The notes: generated by a model from the letters alone, not told the origin. DNA of 64,000 nucleotides from Sminthopsis crassicaudata (GCF_048593235.1 NC_133618.1:577982889-578046888), one strand, 5' to 3'; shown: positions 18,423 through 46,869, counted from the first letter of the stretch. Translations and numbers: made by a program.

Positions 18423-18629
18423 TGCGTCAGGGACTATACAGAAAAATGGGGTTGGGAGGGACAAATGTACCAGGAGAGGGGCTTTTGGGTCACTGCCCCT
18501 CCTCCAGCACCCCTGCCACAGGTCTTATGAACAAGGGGCCTTGAGGCCCTGCCAGAAACCGCATTGTCTGGGGACCCTGTGTCCGCCCCACCCCACTCCA
18601 GCTCCAGGATGAGAAGAAAGCCCTTGTGG

Positions 18630-18845
18630 GTGAGAGAGAGAAAGCAGGAGGAGGGAGGGGGAGAGAGAGACAGAGACAGAGAGAGACATGGAGACAGAGA
18701 AGGGAGAGAAGAGAAGGGAGGGGGAGAGAGAAAGAGAGCCACAATAAGGGGGGGGGGCAGAGAGACGAGAGAGAAACAGACACAGACATGGAGGCAGAGA
18801 AGAGAGGGAGAGAGAGACAGAGAAAGACAGACAGAGAGAGAGAAC
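18630..18845. repeat. GA/CT low-complexity tract in the PSD 3' UTR
   Basis: Degenerate (GA)n/(GACA)n on + strand, CU-rich in the PSD mRNA. Confidence 0.85.
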
Positions 18846-19290
18846 CAGCTCGGCCTACAGCTGAGGGCCCCAAGAGAGGAAAACCTGAGAGACTCAGGCT
18901 TCCCTTACCCCTGGGGATGCCCACCATCCCCCCAGGACAAGGCCCGAGACAGGGGGGATTGCTGGTGTCTGGAAGAGGGTCCAGGAGGTCCAAATAGAAA
19001 GCAGGAAAGTAGGGCCTCCCAGCATGTGCCCTCCCCCCCCAAAAAAATGTCATTGAAAGGTCCCTCCCTCAACCCTCCCACCACTGAATAAGAAAAAGTG
19101 CAAAATGGTATCACAAAATGGGGAGCCTGGTGGATGGCCCCAGCCCCTGGGGCTTAGCTTGGGCAGTGTCCACGGTGCCTTCGGGGCCCCGCGTCCGGCG
19201 CAGTCAGGCCCTGGTTGGGGCAGGGTCAGAGGTCATGCAGGTGGCCGGCTGGCGGTCGCTGTCCCCTCCCTCCTGGACCCTCCCCGCGGG

Positions 19291-35529
<16,239 letters not shown>

Positions 35530-36489
35530 GCTGAGGGGAGGCCAGGGATTGAACAGGTCAGGCAGGGGAGGCCAGGAGGGGGAGGCCAGCAGTGGGGTTG
35601 GGGGAAGGCATGCTCCTCAAACAGGCCTAGAGGAGGAGGAAGACAAGGGTGAGTTGAAAAGAGGAACCTAAGAAAAGACAGTCAACAATCCTATCTGTTT
35701 GAGGCTCATTTGAATCTCTCACTTCCACCCTCCCCCACAAGTAAGATGGGGACCACCCATCCCAAATAGCCCCACAAGTCTGGGAGAAACCCAGGGAGTC
35801 CTGGGCTTCAATCTAGTTTTCTGCCCCATGCAAAGTCTCCCCCCACAAAAAAAAAAGAAAAACCATTGGTCTGGATGGGGAGGTAAGATGGGGGGGGGGG
35901 GGAGAAATAGAAGCTATTTCAGGAGGTATGTGGGCCTTGAGCTCTAGGTGTCCCCATGGCAACCAGGAGCAACTCATTGGGGTAAGGGGGACTGGGAAGG
36001 TCTAGGAGGGGGAGATGGCTGTAATTCAGGGACTGAATCCCTTCTGGGTCCCGCTGAGGAGGATCCATAGTAATAGGAGTGGGGGTGGGTGGGGAAGAGG
36101 TTACCCAAGGACAGGCAGAAGGAAAAGAACTTGGGAGGGGAGGGGAAGAAGGGTCTGAATAAAGAAACACACACATAGATTAGCACACACACCTCTGCCC
36201 CCACCTCCCCCACCCGGAATAGCTCTGGGTAAATGTACCTTCACACAGACAAGACTAGGCTGAGCCCCTGATTCTGGCCCAGGCATCTAGATGGCCCAGA
36301 GAATGGGGCAAAGGTCAGGGTGGACCCTGAGTGTCCTGACTGGTGTGTGTGGGGTGGGGGCTGATATGCTCCTGCTTTCACTGTCATATCTCTTCCCCCT
36401 CCTCCTTCCCCTTCTCAGCTCTTACTTCCCTAGGGTGATGTTACCCCCCCCCAGTCACCTACCCCAAACACAGCCCCCCATGCACTCAC

Positions 36490-36700
36490 CGCTGCTACAG
36501 GCCAAGCAAGCAGGGCCAGCCAGAGCGGGATGAGGCTTCCTGCTACCTCGCTGCTCCAGCATCTCCCTCCACCCTGAGCTGGTCCCGCCTCCCTCCCCTC
36601 CTTCCTCCAGCTCAGCTAATCCCCCTACACACACACACTCACACACACACTCGAGGCCCTGGGAGGAGGAGGAGAGGAGGAGGAGGAGGAGACAGAACCC
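36490..36700 (-). other. PSD: Probable non-coding exon 1 of long PSD
   Basis: Donor GCG|GTGAGT at 36489-36484, about 860 nt upstream of the acceptor at 35626; 5' limit approximate. Confidence 0.55.
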
Positions 36701-37479
36701 CACCCCCTGCACACACTGTGGTTTCTGAGGGTCTGTCCTCCTTAGACAAGGAGAGGGACCAGGGGGCCCGTGTGCACCTGGCCGCACACCCCACGGCGGG
36801 CAGGCCCTCGCCCCGTCTCATGTCGCTCCGGAGGAGTGCCCCCCCAGCGGCGTGCACGCATGCTGCAGGTCTCAGTCCTTCATGCACTGCCCCGTGCCGC
36901 CCATTTCCCACTGCATGCCATGTATGTTAAAGGCGTCCGGGGGTTCTGCAGAAGGCTGCACAAGCCCCATCACACACACATGTTCCATGTTCCATGCATG
37001 TCTAGCTACTCATCAGCTTCATGCCCCCCCACGCCTCCGTGTCCTTGCTGTAAAGCACGCACAGGACCACATGCTGCACACCTATGTATTGACATGCTGT
37101 GCACTGGGCATGTCTACATACCATATATGTGTCCTACTTACACAGCACATGTGTGCGCCCTGGATTTGCTCCCTGAGGCCACTTTTCCAATGAGCAGGAG
37201 GTGAATTCCCTCCGGGAGTGGAGGGGAAACTGAGGCTGGGATAACCCCGTCCCCAAACTGTAGAACTGAGACTGGAACCCAGGAGAGCGGGATCACAAGA
37301 GAATACAGGATGCCCCCCCACACCTAAGCCCCTGAAGGCACAGAAAAAGAGGCAGAGACTAGACTGCGGGAGGAACTTCCCAGAGGCCCCAGTAGGAGTC
37401 TGGAGGGTCAGAGTAGAATGAGGAAATGGAGCCTTAAGCTCGGAGGCAGGGGACAGGATGGAGTGACCCCAGGGAGTGA

Positions 37480-37800
37480 CCTTGGCTGGGCAGGGGCGGG
37501 GTCTATTTTAGGGGCGGGCGGCCCAGGGTTACCATAGTAACTCGGCGGGGAAGGGAAAGGGCTGCAGAGTACGGGGCAGTGGATAGTAAAGGGGACCAAG
37601 GGGGTGAGCTAAGGGAAGGGGTGCTACGGGGACCGTCGGGGCTCACCGCGGGAAGGGGAGGGGGCTGCACGGGTTCCGCGTGGTGCTGAAAGGGACAGCG
37701 CCCGGCGGGGGCCTCACTGCGCAGGCGCATTGACTGCCCCGAACAAAGGGGGGGCGGGGAGGAGGGGGATTGCGCGCGGGGCGGGGCCACATGAAGGACG
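37480..37800. promoter_or_regulatory. PSD: CpG-rich upstream PSD promoter with X-box, split RE1, NRF1 and GC boxes
   Basis: GTTACCATAGTAAC 37528-37541, GGTGCTGAA/GGACAGCGCC 37682-37702, TGCGCAGGCGCA 37718-37729; candidate - strand donor GTGAGC at 37646. Confidence 0.6.
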
Positions 37801-39161
37801 GCATCCTTGTGCCAACCCCCTGTCTCTCTGCAGTCCCAGGTTTCCAGACTCCTTCCAATCCTTTCTCAGGTGTAACCTCTGGTCCCTCCAACCTCCTTCT
37901 GCCCTTCTACAGGAACCCAACCCCCAAAACAATTCCACAAACATTTATTAAGCACCTACTAGACACCAGGTACAATGCAGACCAAGCTGGGAAAAGAGAC
38001 ATCAGGATTCTAGCTCCATGGCTTGCTATGTGATCCTGAAAGTTACTTTCCCATTATGAATGTTTCTTCCTCTGTAAAATGAAATTAAACCGATGTGTTT
38101 TACTTCCAGATCCCTCCCAGTCCTGATATTCTATGGTTCAAGATCAGGTTCTCCGGAGGAACACGCGACTCTGGTCAGGTTATCAACCTGATCTAGCTCT
38201 AAACCTCCTCATCTGGACGACGAGGACAGCACGACCCGCCCAGCGTTCTCCTTGGGGCGGATCTAGCGAGACCACGAGCGTGTATTCAGTTCCACCCAGC
38301 TTTTTTGGGGACCTGTGTGTGCAAAGCCTCATTCCAATCGAGGTCCTGAGAGGAGGCACGTTTTATGCTTCAACAGACATTTATTAAGGGCCTACTATGT
38401 GGAAGATGCTACACCAGGCACTCAGAATAAAAAGACCAAATGAAAGGTCACTTCCCTCAAGAAACTTTAATTTAATTTAAACATTTAATTGGAGGGCTGG
38501 GAATATAATATCTAAAGTGATGAATACAATGCCACTTTGAGGATGGTGAAGCCATTAACGAGGAAAAAAGCTTCCTAAAGGGCCTGAGCTGGTCCTTGAA
38601 GGAAGATAAGGACTCCAAGAAGCAGAGGTAGAGACGGAGCATATTCCAGACAAGCAGGACAACCCGTGAACAAAGCATGGAGATTGAAGATGGAATGTGG
38701 AATTCAAAGAAGTAGATTAGTTAGACTGGAACCTGAGAAGTGCCTAAAGGGGGATACTGTGAGATAGCCGCAAGAGGGGATGTTCCTGGGCCTCAGGAAG
38801 CTGGGAGGAGAGGAAGAAATAAAAGTCTTACAAAAGCCCTGAAAATGCTTAATAATTTCATAAACTACTAACCTGATGATCATTGTTTAGTACTTTTCAG
38901 TGTATTTTCTTTACAACTGTCCTTTGAATTGTGTGCCACAAGGATCATCCCCACTCTTCAGACGAGGACCAGTCACGAGAGAGTGGGACTAACCCAGTGA
39001 GACTCACAGGTACGGGTCCCGGGAGGTCTCAAACCCCGGGCGCCTGGTGATACCATACTATAATGCGTTTTGGTGGCACAAAAATCTGGCCCCTTGTGAG
39101 GCCCAAATTTTACTCTTCCTTGCCCAACTTCTGCTCTCCATTCTCCAACCTATAGGTAGCG

Positions 39162-39259
39162 GGGAAGGCTCCGAGGACCCCAAGCCAGCCGCAGGTTGTT
39201 AGTTTTGCTTGGGAAGGCTCCGAGGACCCCAAGCCAGCCGCAGGTTGTTAGTTTTGCTT
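39162..39259. repeat. Perfect 2 x 49-bp tandem duplication
   Basis: gggaaggctccgaggaccccaagccagccgcaggttgttagttttgctt twice; a 14-bp unit repeated about 2.4 times lies at 39432-39465. Confidence 0.95.
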
Positions 39260-40062
39260 GAGCAGGGCCTTCGAAGTGAGCAGAACATAAGAGGGGAGCT
39301 TTAGTTGGAGGGGGACGGGAAGGCGGCCTCGGCTTTCTGCCTCGGGAATGTGCCCGGGACCGCAGAGCCTCCTCCCTCGTGCTCACTTCGAGACCGACGA
39401 AGGCGGGCCACGGGGAGGGACAGCGCTCCGCCAGCCAGCCTGATTCAGCCAGCCTGATTCAGCCATTACTGATTCATCCGACAGAGTTTTGAGCCGCAAG
39501 GGCCCTTACGGATTGTTTAATTGCCCCCCCCCCCCCCAATCTGTTCTACAGACGGAAAACGGAGGCTCTGAGAAGGGGACTAGCTGGTCCGGAGCCAGCA
39601 GCCGGGTAAGGCAGAAGTAGATGGCCAGCGACAAGGGCATGGAGCGCGTCCGCCAGGGTAAGACCTTGCTCCTCTCCCCCCGCGTGGGCTGGGGCCCTGG
39701 GCTCCGGGCCCACAAGGGCTGCGCTCCTTCTCCCGGGACTAAGTCGGCTCCCGGATCGTTCCGGCCTCCAATCTCTTCGGACCAACTCGGCGGGACGGGC
39801 ACTCTCGCATTCGCCCCGGCAAGTTCAAGAACCGCAGTGACTCGTCATCCCTTTGCCGTTCCTTCCTAAAACCATCGGACCGGCCCTCTCGGCCTCTAGC
39901 TCAGGGTTCTGCCCGGAGATTTTAAGTACGGGACGCTCTGGGACACGGCGATCGATTGAGCAGGTCTGACGGCTTTGCTAGGCGGCTCCTTAGCCTTCCT
40001 AGTTGCCGGAGGAGAGCACTGCGCAGGCGCAACGAAGACTGGCAGAGACTTCGGGGCTACAG

Positions 40063-41907
40063 ATGGAGCCGTCCGGGGGGGAGCAAGAGCCGGGGGCCGT
40101 CAGGTACCGAGGACGGGAGGGGCCTGGGAAAGGAGACACCCCTCCCCCCCTTCCTCCCTCTCCTAGGTCAGGCAGGCTGAGGAAGGGAAGAAGGATGAAA
40201 GGAAAGGTCCCCAGGGAGAGAGTCCTATAGCCCCATACCAAAGGAATCTGGAGGAGACCACCAGGAACACTCGTGGGGACATGGCCGGGGGAGGAGGAAC
40301 CAGGGGTCACGCGTGGGGTGAGGTTTGGAGGACCCTGCCCAAACCTGGGGGACTGCGTGAGGCGGGGGGTAGGCAGGGTACAGACCCTTTCTGCCCCCGC
40401 CCCAGGCTCCTGGACCTGCCGTGGGAGGACGTCCTACTCCCGCACATCCTCAGCCGCGTCCCCCTGCGGCAGCTGCTCCACCTGCAGCGCGTCAGCAAAG
40501 CTTTCCAAGCGCTCGTGCAACTGCACCTGGCGCGCCTGCGCAGCTTCGACTCGGCACAGGTGACTTCCGCCCCTCCCCGCGGCCTCGGGGCGGGGCCCGG
40601 AGGGCGGGATGTGCGGGCGGAGGCGGGAACTTATTCCAGCTCCAGCGAGGGTCTTAGATCCTTGGAGGAGCACATCCCCTAGTCAGAGCCGGGGTCCGGG
40701 TGTTGGGATTAAGGGGGGGGGGGAGGAGGTGGGCGGGCTGGCGATGGGGGCCGGGTGCCCAATCCGGGGCTCAGGTGTGAGCCCCGTGGGCACCTCCCCC
40801 AGGTGGGCCCCCAGGTTCCCAGGGCAGCCCTGGGCCGGCTGCTAGGTGACTCAGAGGGGCTCCAAGAGCTGTGCCTGGAGTCGTGCCGTGACTGGCTGTC
40901 TGATGAGGACCTGGAGCCGGTGCTGAACCGGAACCCCGGGCTGCGGCGCGTGGGGCTGGCGGGCTGCGGGCGGCTCAGCCGCAGGGCCCTGGTGACGCTG
41001 TCCCTGAGCTGCTCGCAGCTGCGTTGCCTCTCACTTGCCCACTGCGACTGGGTGGACGGCCTGGCACTGCGGGGCCTCGCGGACCGCTGCCCGTGCCTAG
41101 AGGCCCTGGACCTCACGGCATGTCGGCAGCTCCGGGACACGGCTGTGACCTACCTGGCCCAGCGCCGCGGGGCCCAGCTCCGATCCCTCTCCCTAGCGGT
41201 CAACGCGAACGTGGGGGACGCCACTGTGCAGGAGCTGGCCCGGTGCTGCCCGCAGCTCGAACACCTGGACCTCACCGGCTGTCTCCGAGTGCGGAGTGAC
41301 GCCATCAGGTGCTGGGCCCAGGGACTGGGGCTACAAGGTGGGCACCACAGGGAGCTAGCTAACCACTAGACTGTCCAAAGTCGTGCAAGCCACCTCCCGC
41401 CAGGGGGTGTTGCAACAGGTGGAAGGGACCACCCTAGAAGGTACCCTCCTGGCAAGGAGATGGTGCTTTTTGAAGTATAAAGGCTTATCTATGGCCACAT
41501 TAAGTTATGAAGGGGCTAGACCTAGTGCGAAGTCCTCACCTTCCAGTTCCAGAACAGCTCCACTATCTTGTGAGGGCTCTTAAAAGGAGAGTCTCTGTCT
41601 CTCCTTGGGCCTGTTAGACAGGGGGACTGGGCTTGATGACCCCAAAACCCCCTCCTGTCAGGAGAGGCCACATATCCTGGCCCTCACACACCCCCTTTAC
41701 CTGCCCCCTCCCCTCAGGACCCTGGCTGAGTATTGCCCCCGGCTGCGCTCACTTCGAGTACGTCACTGTCATGATGTGGCTGAGTCCAGCCTGAGTGCCC
41801 TGAGGAAACGTGGTGTGGACATTGACGTGGAACCACCCCTGCAGCGGGCCCTGGTCCTGCTACAGGATGTTGTGGGCTTTGCTCCCTTTGTCAACCTTCA
41901 GATTTGA
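40063..41907 (+). CDS. FBXL15: F-box and leucine-rich repeat protein 15, 296 aa
   Basis: Exons 40063-40103, 40406-40559, 40803-41308, 41718-41907 (891 nt). [14 protein letters not shown] start, F-box [20 protein letters not shown], LRRs ([28 protein letters not shown]), ends [10 protein letters not shown]. Confidence 0.98.
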
Positions 41908-42126
41908 CCAATCAGTGACAGGTGGAGGATTGGGGATTTGATGAACACAGCTGGACTGTGGATCTGGAAACAACCTGTGCTGGAGGGCTCCACCTTTGTC
42001 TCCTTATCCCTCACTGGGACCAGAGCCTGAACAGTGTCACCGTTTAGGAAGGAGGGGAAAAAGGGAGAAAGAGTGCTTGACTGAGCCTGGGGAGAGGGTA
42101 GGTAGCTCTCTCTGGGGAAAGTTAGA

Positions 42127-42333
42127 AATAAAAAAACTCTACTTGAATCTGACCCAACTCTGCTGCTGTAGGGGAGAGGATATGGGGAACAGGACAATCC
42201 CAGTGTATGTTCCCAGACCTGGGTGGGTTGGGAAGGGTGGAAATCAGATGAGGGTCTTGCCAGTTGATGAGGAATGAGAAATAAGAGGCCCATGCTATCA
42301 CATTCCATGCCCACCCCTTTGAAAAGAAATAAA
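42127..42333 (+). terminator. FBXL15: Two alternative FBXL15 polyadenylation signals
   Basis: AATAAA at 42127-42132 and 42328-42333. Confidence 0.7.
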
Positions 42334-42559
42334 CAGTTCTCATGCTTCACTCCTGCCACTTTACTCAAATGAAGGAGTTTCAAGAGAGACTTTGAAACTA
42401 AGCTTGGCTTGGGAAGAACAAGCTTCATAAACCCTTAGCCAAGAAGACCTTGCTGACAGGACTAATCCAGTTGTCTTATTTTGGCTTGTCGGACCACTAT
42501 CCCCAACTCCTTCAGACTCCTCTGGCCCACAGTCCTCAACTTCCCCAGAGTGGGAATAC

Positions 42560-45008
42560 TCAGTGGAACTTGTATTTCCGGGCTGGTTTGAGGCTGATGT
42601 AAGTGGACTTCATCCCTTCAGGTTCCGGCTTCCGAATGTCCTTGTAACGTTCACCCTTGGTACTCACCACCTGATTATCAATGTATCGGATCAGCTTCTT
42701 AGGAGCCTGTTAAGAGTACAGGGAGTGAGCATGAGGCCTTGTCCAGAAAAGGGAGTCCTTGTTATCCCCTCATACCCAACCTACTCACCTCTTTTGGGGC
42801 CACAGGCCGATGAGTTTTCTGATCTTCTTCACTGTCCACCATCATATACCTGCCACGATGGAGCCCAGCTTAGTATGCCTCTTCCAACCCCCTAGGGGGA
42901 AGGTCAGAGGCACTTGGGGTAAAACCAGAAGTCCCAATCAGGCCTTTTGGGTGGGAAGAGTCTTAACTGGATGCTTAACTAAGCTCTGTAGGACTACTTT
43001 ATTCTATATAACCATCTCCCTTTTCCCCCAAACTCACTTTTGTAGAATGAAGGATTTCACTTCTTCCTTCTTGGGGACTCCCTGTAACCTTGACATGTCC
43101 TGGAAGGAAAAGTAAAATGAGACAGCAGATGTGGGCCCATGTCTCCATTTATCTGGGATTTCCTTTGGCATTCCCCACACTCAGCCCTGGTTGGATCTAT
43201 ATCCATCTCTCCCTCATCTACCCCAGTTCCTTCTCTTCCATCTTTGGCCAGAATAAGAAAGGAAATCTGAAGAACCACTTTTGGTTGGTCTGTGGCATAT
43301 ACCTTTGAGTTGCTGCCAAAAGCTTGGGGCTCTGCTTTCTCCTCTACCATGATGTGAACAGCCTCTTCCAGGTCCCCCCGTGCCATGGCCAGTGCTCGCT
43401 CTGCCCTCCCCACTGTGCAGGATGGGAACATTTCCAGTAGCAGTTGTATCCCAGCCTGTAGCTCATCGGTTTCAGATACCTCCTGTAAGGCAGGACCCAG
43501 AAGCTAGTCACATAATCTCTCCCCAACATCATAATAGACATATAAACACATGACTCCAAAAGGTGTTAAGACTGAGGGCACTTGTTTTATCCACCTATAT
43601 CCATTACTTAAGACCAACATAGTAGATTGTTAACTGTCTACCCATAAGAGCAATAACTCACAATATATGGTAAGTATTACAAGTACAGAAGAGGATTCTG
43701 AAGTTAAGAAAGGTGAACTTACTTGCCCAAGGTTTCACAATCAGTAAATATCACAGATGGGATTTGAATCCAGGTCTTTCTTGGGTCCACATCCCTCTTT
43801 AGGCTTTAGGCTACACTTGGCTGCCCACTAAAAAGCCACCTTGTCTTTCCACCATTTCAGGGTATAACCTCACTGCTTTCTACACACTCCCATCCATCTC
43901 ATACCTCAGTCTTTGTGCCTTCTCCCAGGCCTGGGGGAGAGGTATGTGCCTGAGACTTTCTTATTTCTTGAGTGCCTTCCTCCAGGCTCTGGAGATGTTC
44001 TGGAGAAGTAGGAACATTATCCTCTTGGCTCTTGGGACACACATTTTCTTAAAGGTACAGAGTATACGGTTTTCAATCAGACACGAGGGCCAAGTCCCAG
44101 AGAAGTGCTCTAAAACCCATTTCCTTTCCCAATCCAGAACTCACCCTTGTTCCTTGCATCACTCAGGCGGCCTGAGAGGTCGAACATCATTTCACAAACT
44201 GTCCCACTGAGAAGGAAGCAGGACCAGGGATGAGAGAGCCATTCTGTCCTCCCCTCAGAGCCCCACCCCAGTGAACCTGAAATTACCATCTGATTATCCT
44301 TTCTTTGCCTTCCCAGCCAAGTTCTTCCAATTCTACCTTCTCCCATCCCAAGATAGGTGAGCATGATAGCCCCAGAATGCCCAAGCAAGATCTGGAATTG
44401 GAAAGGAAAGGGCTGGAACAAGGAGGTTACAAGAAAGCCCAGCACACCTAGGGATCTTGGCAAAGCCAGGCACGTAGGCATCCATCATCTCTGCAAAAGC
44501 TTCCATGTCAAAGCTCTCATCCGATGCCCCTGGAGAACCCAAGTCCTCCAGGACCCCAGTTATGTAGGAGAAGACAACTTCATCCAAGCCACTGTAAGGG
44601 ATGGAGAGAGAGGAGTGGAGGGTCAGACAAGAACAGCTCTATATTTGTTCTAGTCCTTATTCTGTCACTTTAGGCAGATAATTCACATTGAAGCTCAGTC
44701 TATATATCTTTCCAATGAACTAAAAGGCAAGCATTCTAGTAGAAAATCCAAAATACTATTATCCGTCCCCTCAGAGAAGGACTCTTTAGGAGGACCTGGG
44801 GAAGTACCCAGAGGGCATGTTAAGCATCCAGCCCTTTCTCCATTCCCCAAATGCCTTCTCAGAGAGAGAAGCCATGCAAAGCTCATAAAAGAAGCACTAA
44901 CCACTAGAGAAGTGGTCAAGGAGCCAGCACATACCTGAGATCAACATCTGGGACATGAGTTTGGGCAAAGCTGATTAGGGTATCTCGAATGATCCTCTCG
45001 AGTTCCAT
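42560..45008 (-). CDS. CUEDC2: CUE domain-containing protein 2, 290 aa
   Basis: Exons 45008-44935 (acceptor 45022), 44591-44448, 44206-44145, 44047-43905, 43482-43303, 43099-43038, 42849-42789, 42706-42560 (873 nt). MELERII start, [21 protein letters not shown] domain LLEMFPSC...ARGDLEEAV, ends [10 protein letters not shown]. Confidence 0.98.
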
Positions 45009-46869
45009 TGCTCTCTCCTTTCCTGAAGGGGCAGAGAATATATGAGGCCCTCATTGGTCTTTTCCATCCTTACTTCTGCTCACTAACCTCACTTGTGTTG
45101 GGGAACACCGCCAGTCTTTTCCTAAGCCTTTATCATTAAACTGTCAGCTAGATGATTTTGCCAAATTTTTCTCTCAGAGACTCAGCCCCCCAGTCCCTGC
45201 TTCCCTATAGACTGAATTCCTGGGTCCATATAAGATCCCTAAAGTTCTCCCACCTTTCTTCTCTTCTTCAGAGATGAACAGTGGGGGAAGTCTATAGTCT
45301 GTGGGTAAAAGAGATCTGAGGGACAGTGGGCTCCTCCCCCAGACCAGCCCTCAGGAGGGACCCTTCTGGCTGGAATCCCAGAGGCCCCAGGGTCAAATGC
45401 TTCAGAGCTGGTGGAATCCCAGCCCTTTAAAACCCATCTGGCTGAGAGCCTGATCACAAGTATCCCCATTGTCTGGCCCCCCAGTGGGGGAGAGCTCAGA
45501 GTCACAGACCCCACCCACAACAGAATCCCAGAGCCACCCACCTGTTCATTCAGACAAAGGGGCTTTTCTAGAAGGGAGAGGATGGGATAGGTTGGAAAAG
45601 TTATTTCACAATTTCTCTTCTTCACCATCATAATACCCCTTTACCCATCCCACCAGTCTGGGCCTTTGACTTTTGAATTTCTCCTCTCTCTACTCCAGAG
45701 GGATTCCTCAGCTGAGGCCTGACACTGGGTCTACCATCCTTTATTGAGACTTAGTCTCTAGAGACAGGCTAAGAGAAGATCATCACGGCATTTATGGCCA
45801 ACCAATCTATGTCAACTGACCAAAAGCCAAACGCTAGGGTCATTCAGTCACCACCCTTGTCTCTAGGAGGGGTAATTAACAGTTTTATCAATGGCAAAGT
45901 CTTCATGAAAGCACCCCCTGTTACACATGAGTGATCAGCTACAGTTTTCTGAGACAGAAAAAAGAAATCACAGTTCTAGATCCCACAGTCTGGTTGGGGA
46001 GATACAATCAATTTGCATGTTAATAACAGTGCAATGAAAACAAGAGGCAAGGAGGTATGGTGGAAAGTGCTGGCTATGGAGTCAAATCCTGCCTGAGACT
46101 TATTCCTTCTGAGACCTTAATCATTTCTCTGGGCCTCAGTTTACATAACTATAAAATGAGAAGGTGGAGCCGGATGACCACTAGGGCCCTGTATGGTCAT
46201 GAGGTCACATCTGAGAATCAGTAATCTTGTCAGGATAGGTCAAATGACAATAGTTTTTCTTTAAGAGTTGCTCTCAAAAAAAAAAAAAAAAAAAGTTGCT
46301 TTCATCAAAATATTCATCAACCCCAGCCTGCTAATGACCGTCTCAACTCCTTCTGGTTATCAGACAACTGAAAAGTAAACTACTGTGTTTTGGTCAGACT
46401 TGGCCTAAACTTGGCTCAGAGGGGGCCTGAAGATGAGGGGAGGAGTCCTGAGACAACAGATTCCCACAGGTGTGAGAACTAGGACATCACAGGAGTCTAG
46501 CCCCTCATTTCACAATTCAGGAAACTGACTCACTGCAGGAAAGGCTGGCTGAGGCTAGGTTGGGGAAACCAAGGAGCTAAGCACAGGCCTTGAAAAATGA
46601 GGTGTCCCCCCTGCAAGCTTCCAAGGCTCCTAACCTGAGTCCCTCAAAGCTCCTTCCTTTAGCCTCTTACTCTGGAAGCTTCTAACAATGATTGACACAT
46701 GCTCCCAAAGCTGGATTACTCCCAAATTCTTCCTGTTATTTCCTTAGGGACCTCTGCTAGGGAGAAAAGCCTTCACCTCTACTATGAAACCATAAATGAG
46801 CATAAGTTATGCTGTTTCTGAGGAGGGAAATGGTTTTTCTCTTCCCAGCCTCTGAGGTCCTGAAAAATA

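Noticed and set aside
40003-40062. Open in-frame stretch upstream of the FBXL15 ATG (possible non-AUG extension)
   Set aside because: Only a TTG start, probably near or upstream of the TSS; nothing in the sequence supports translation.
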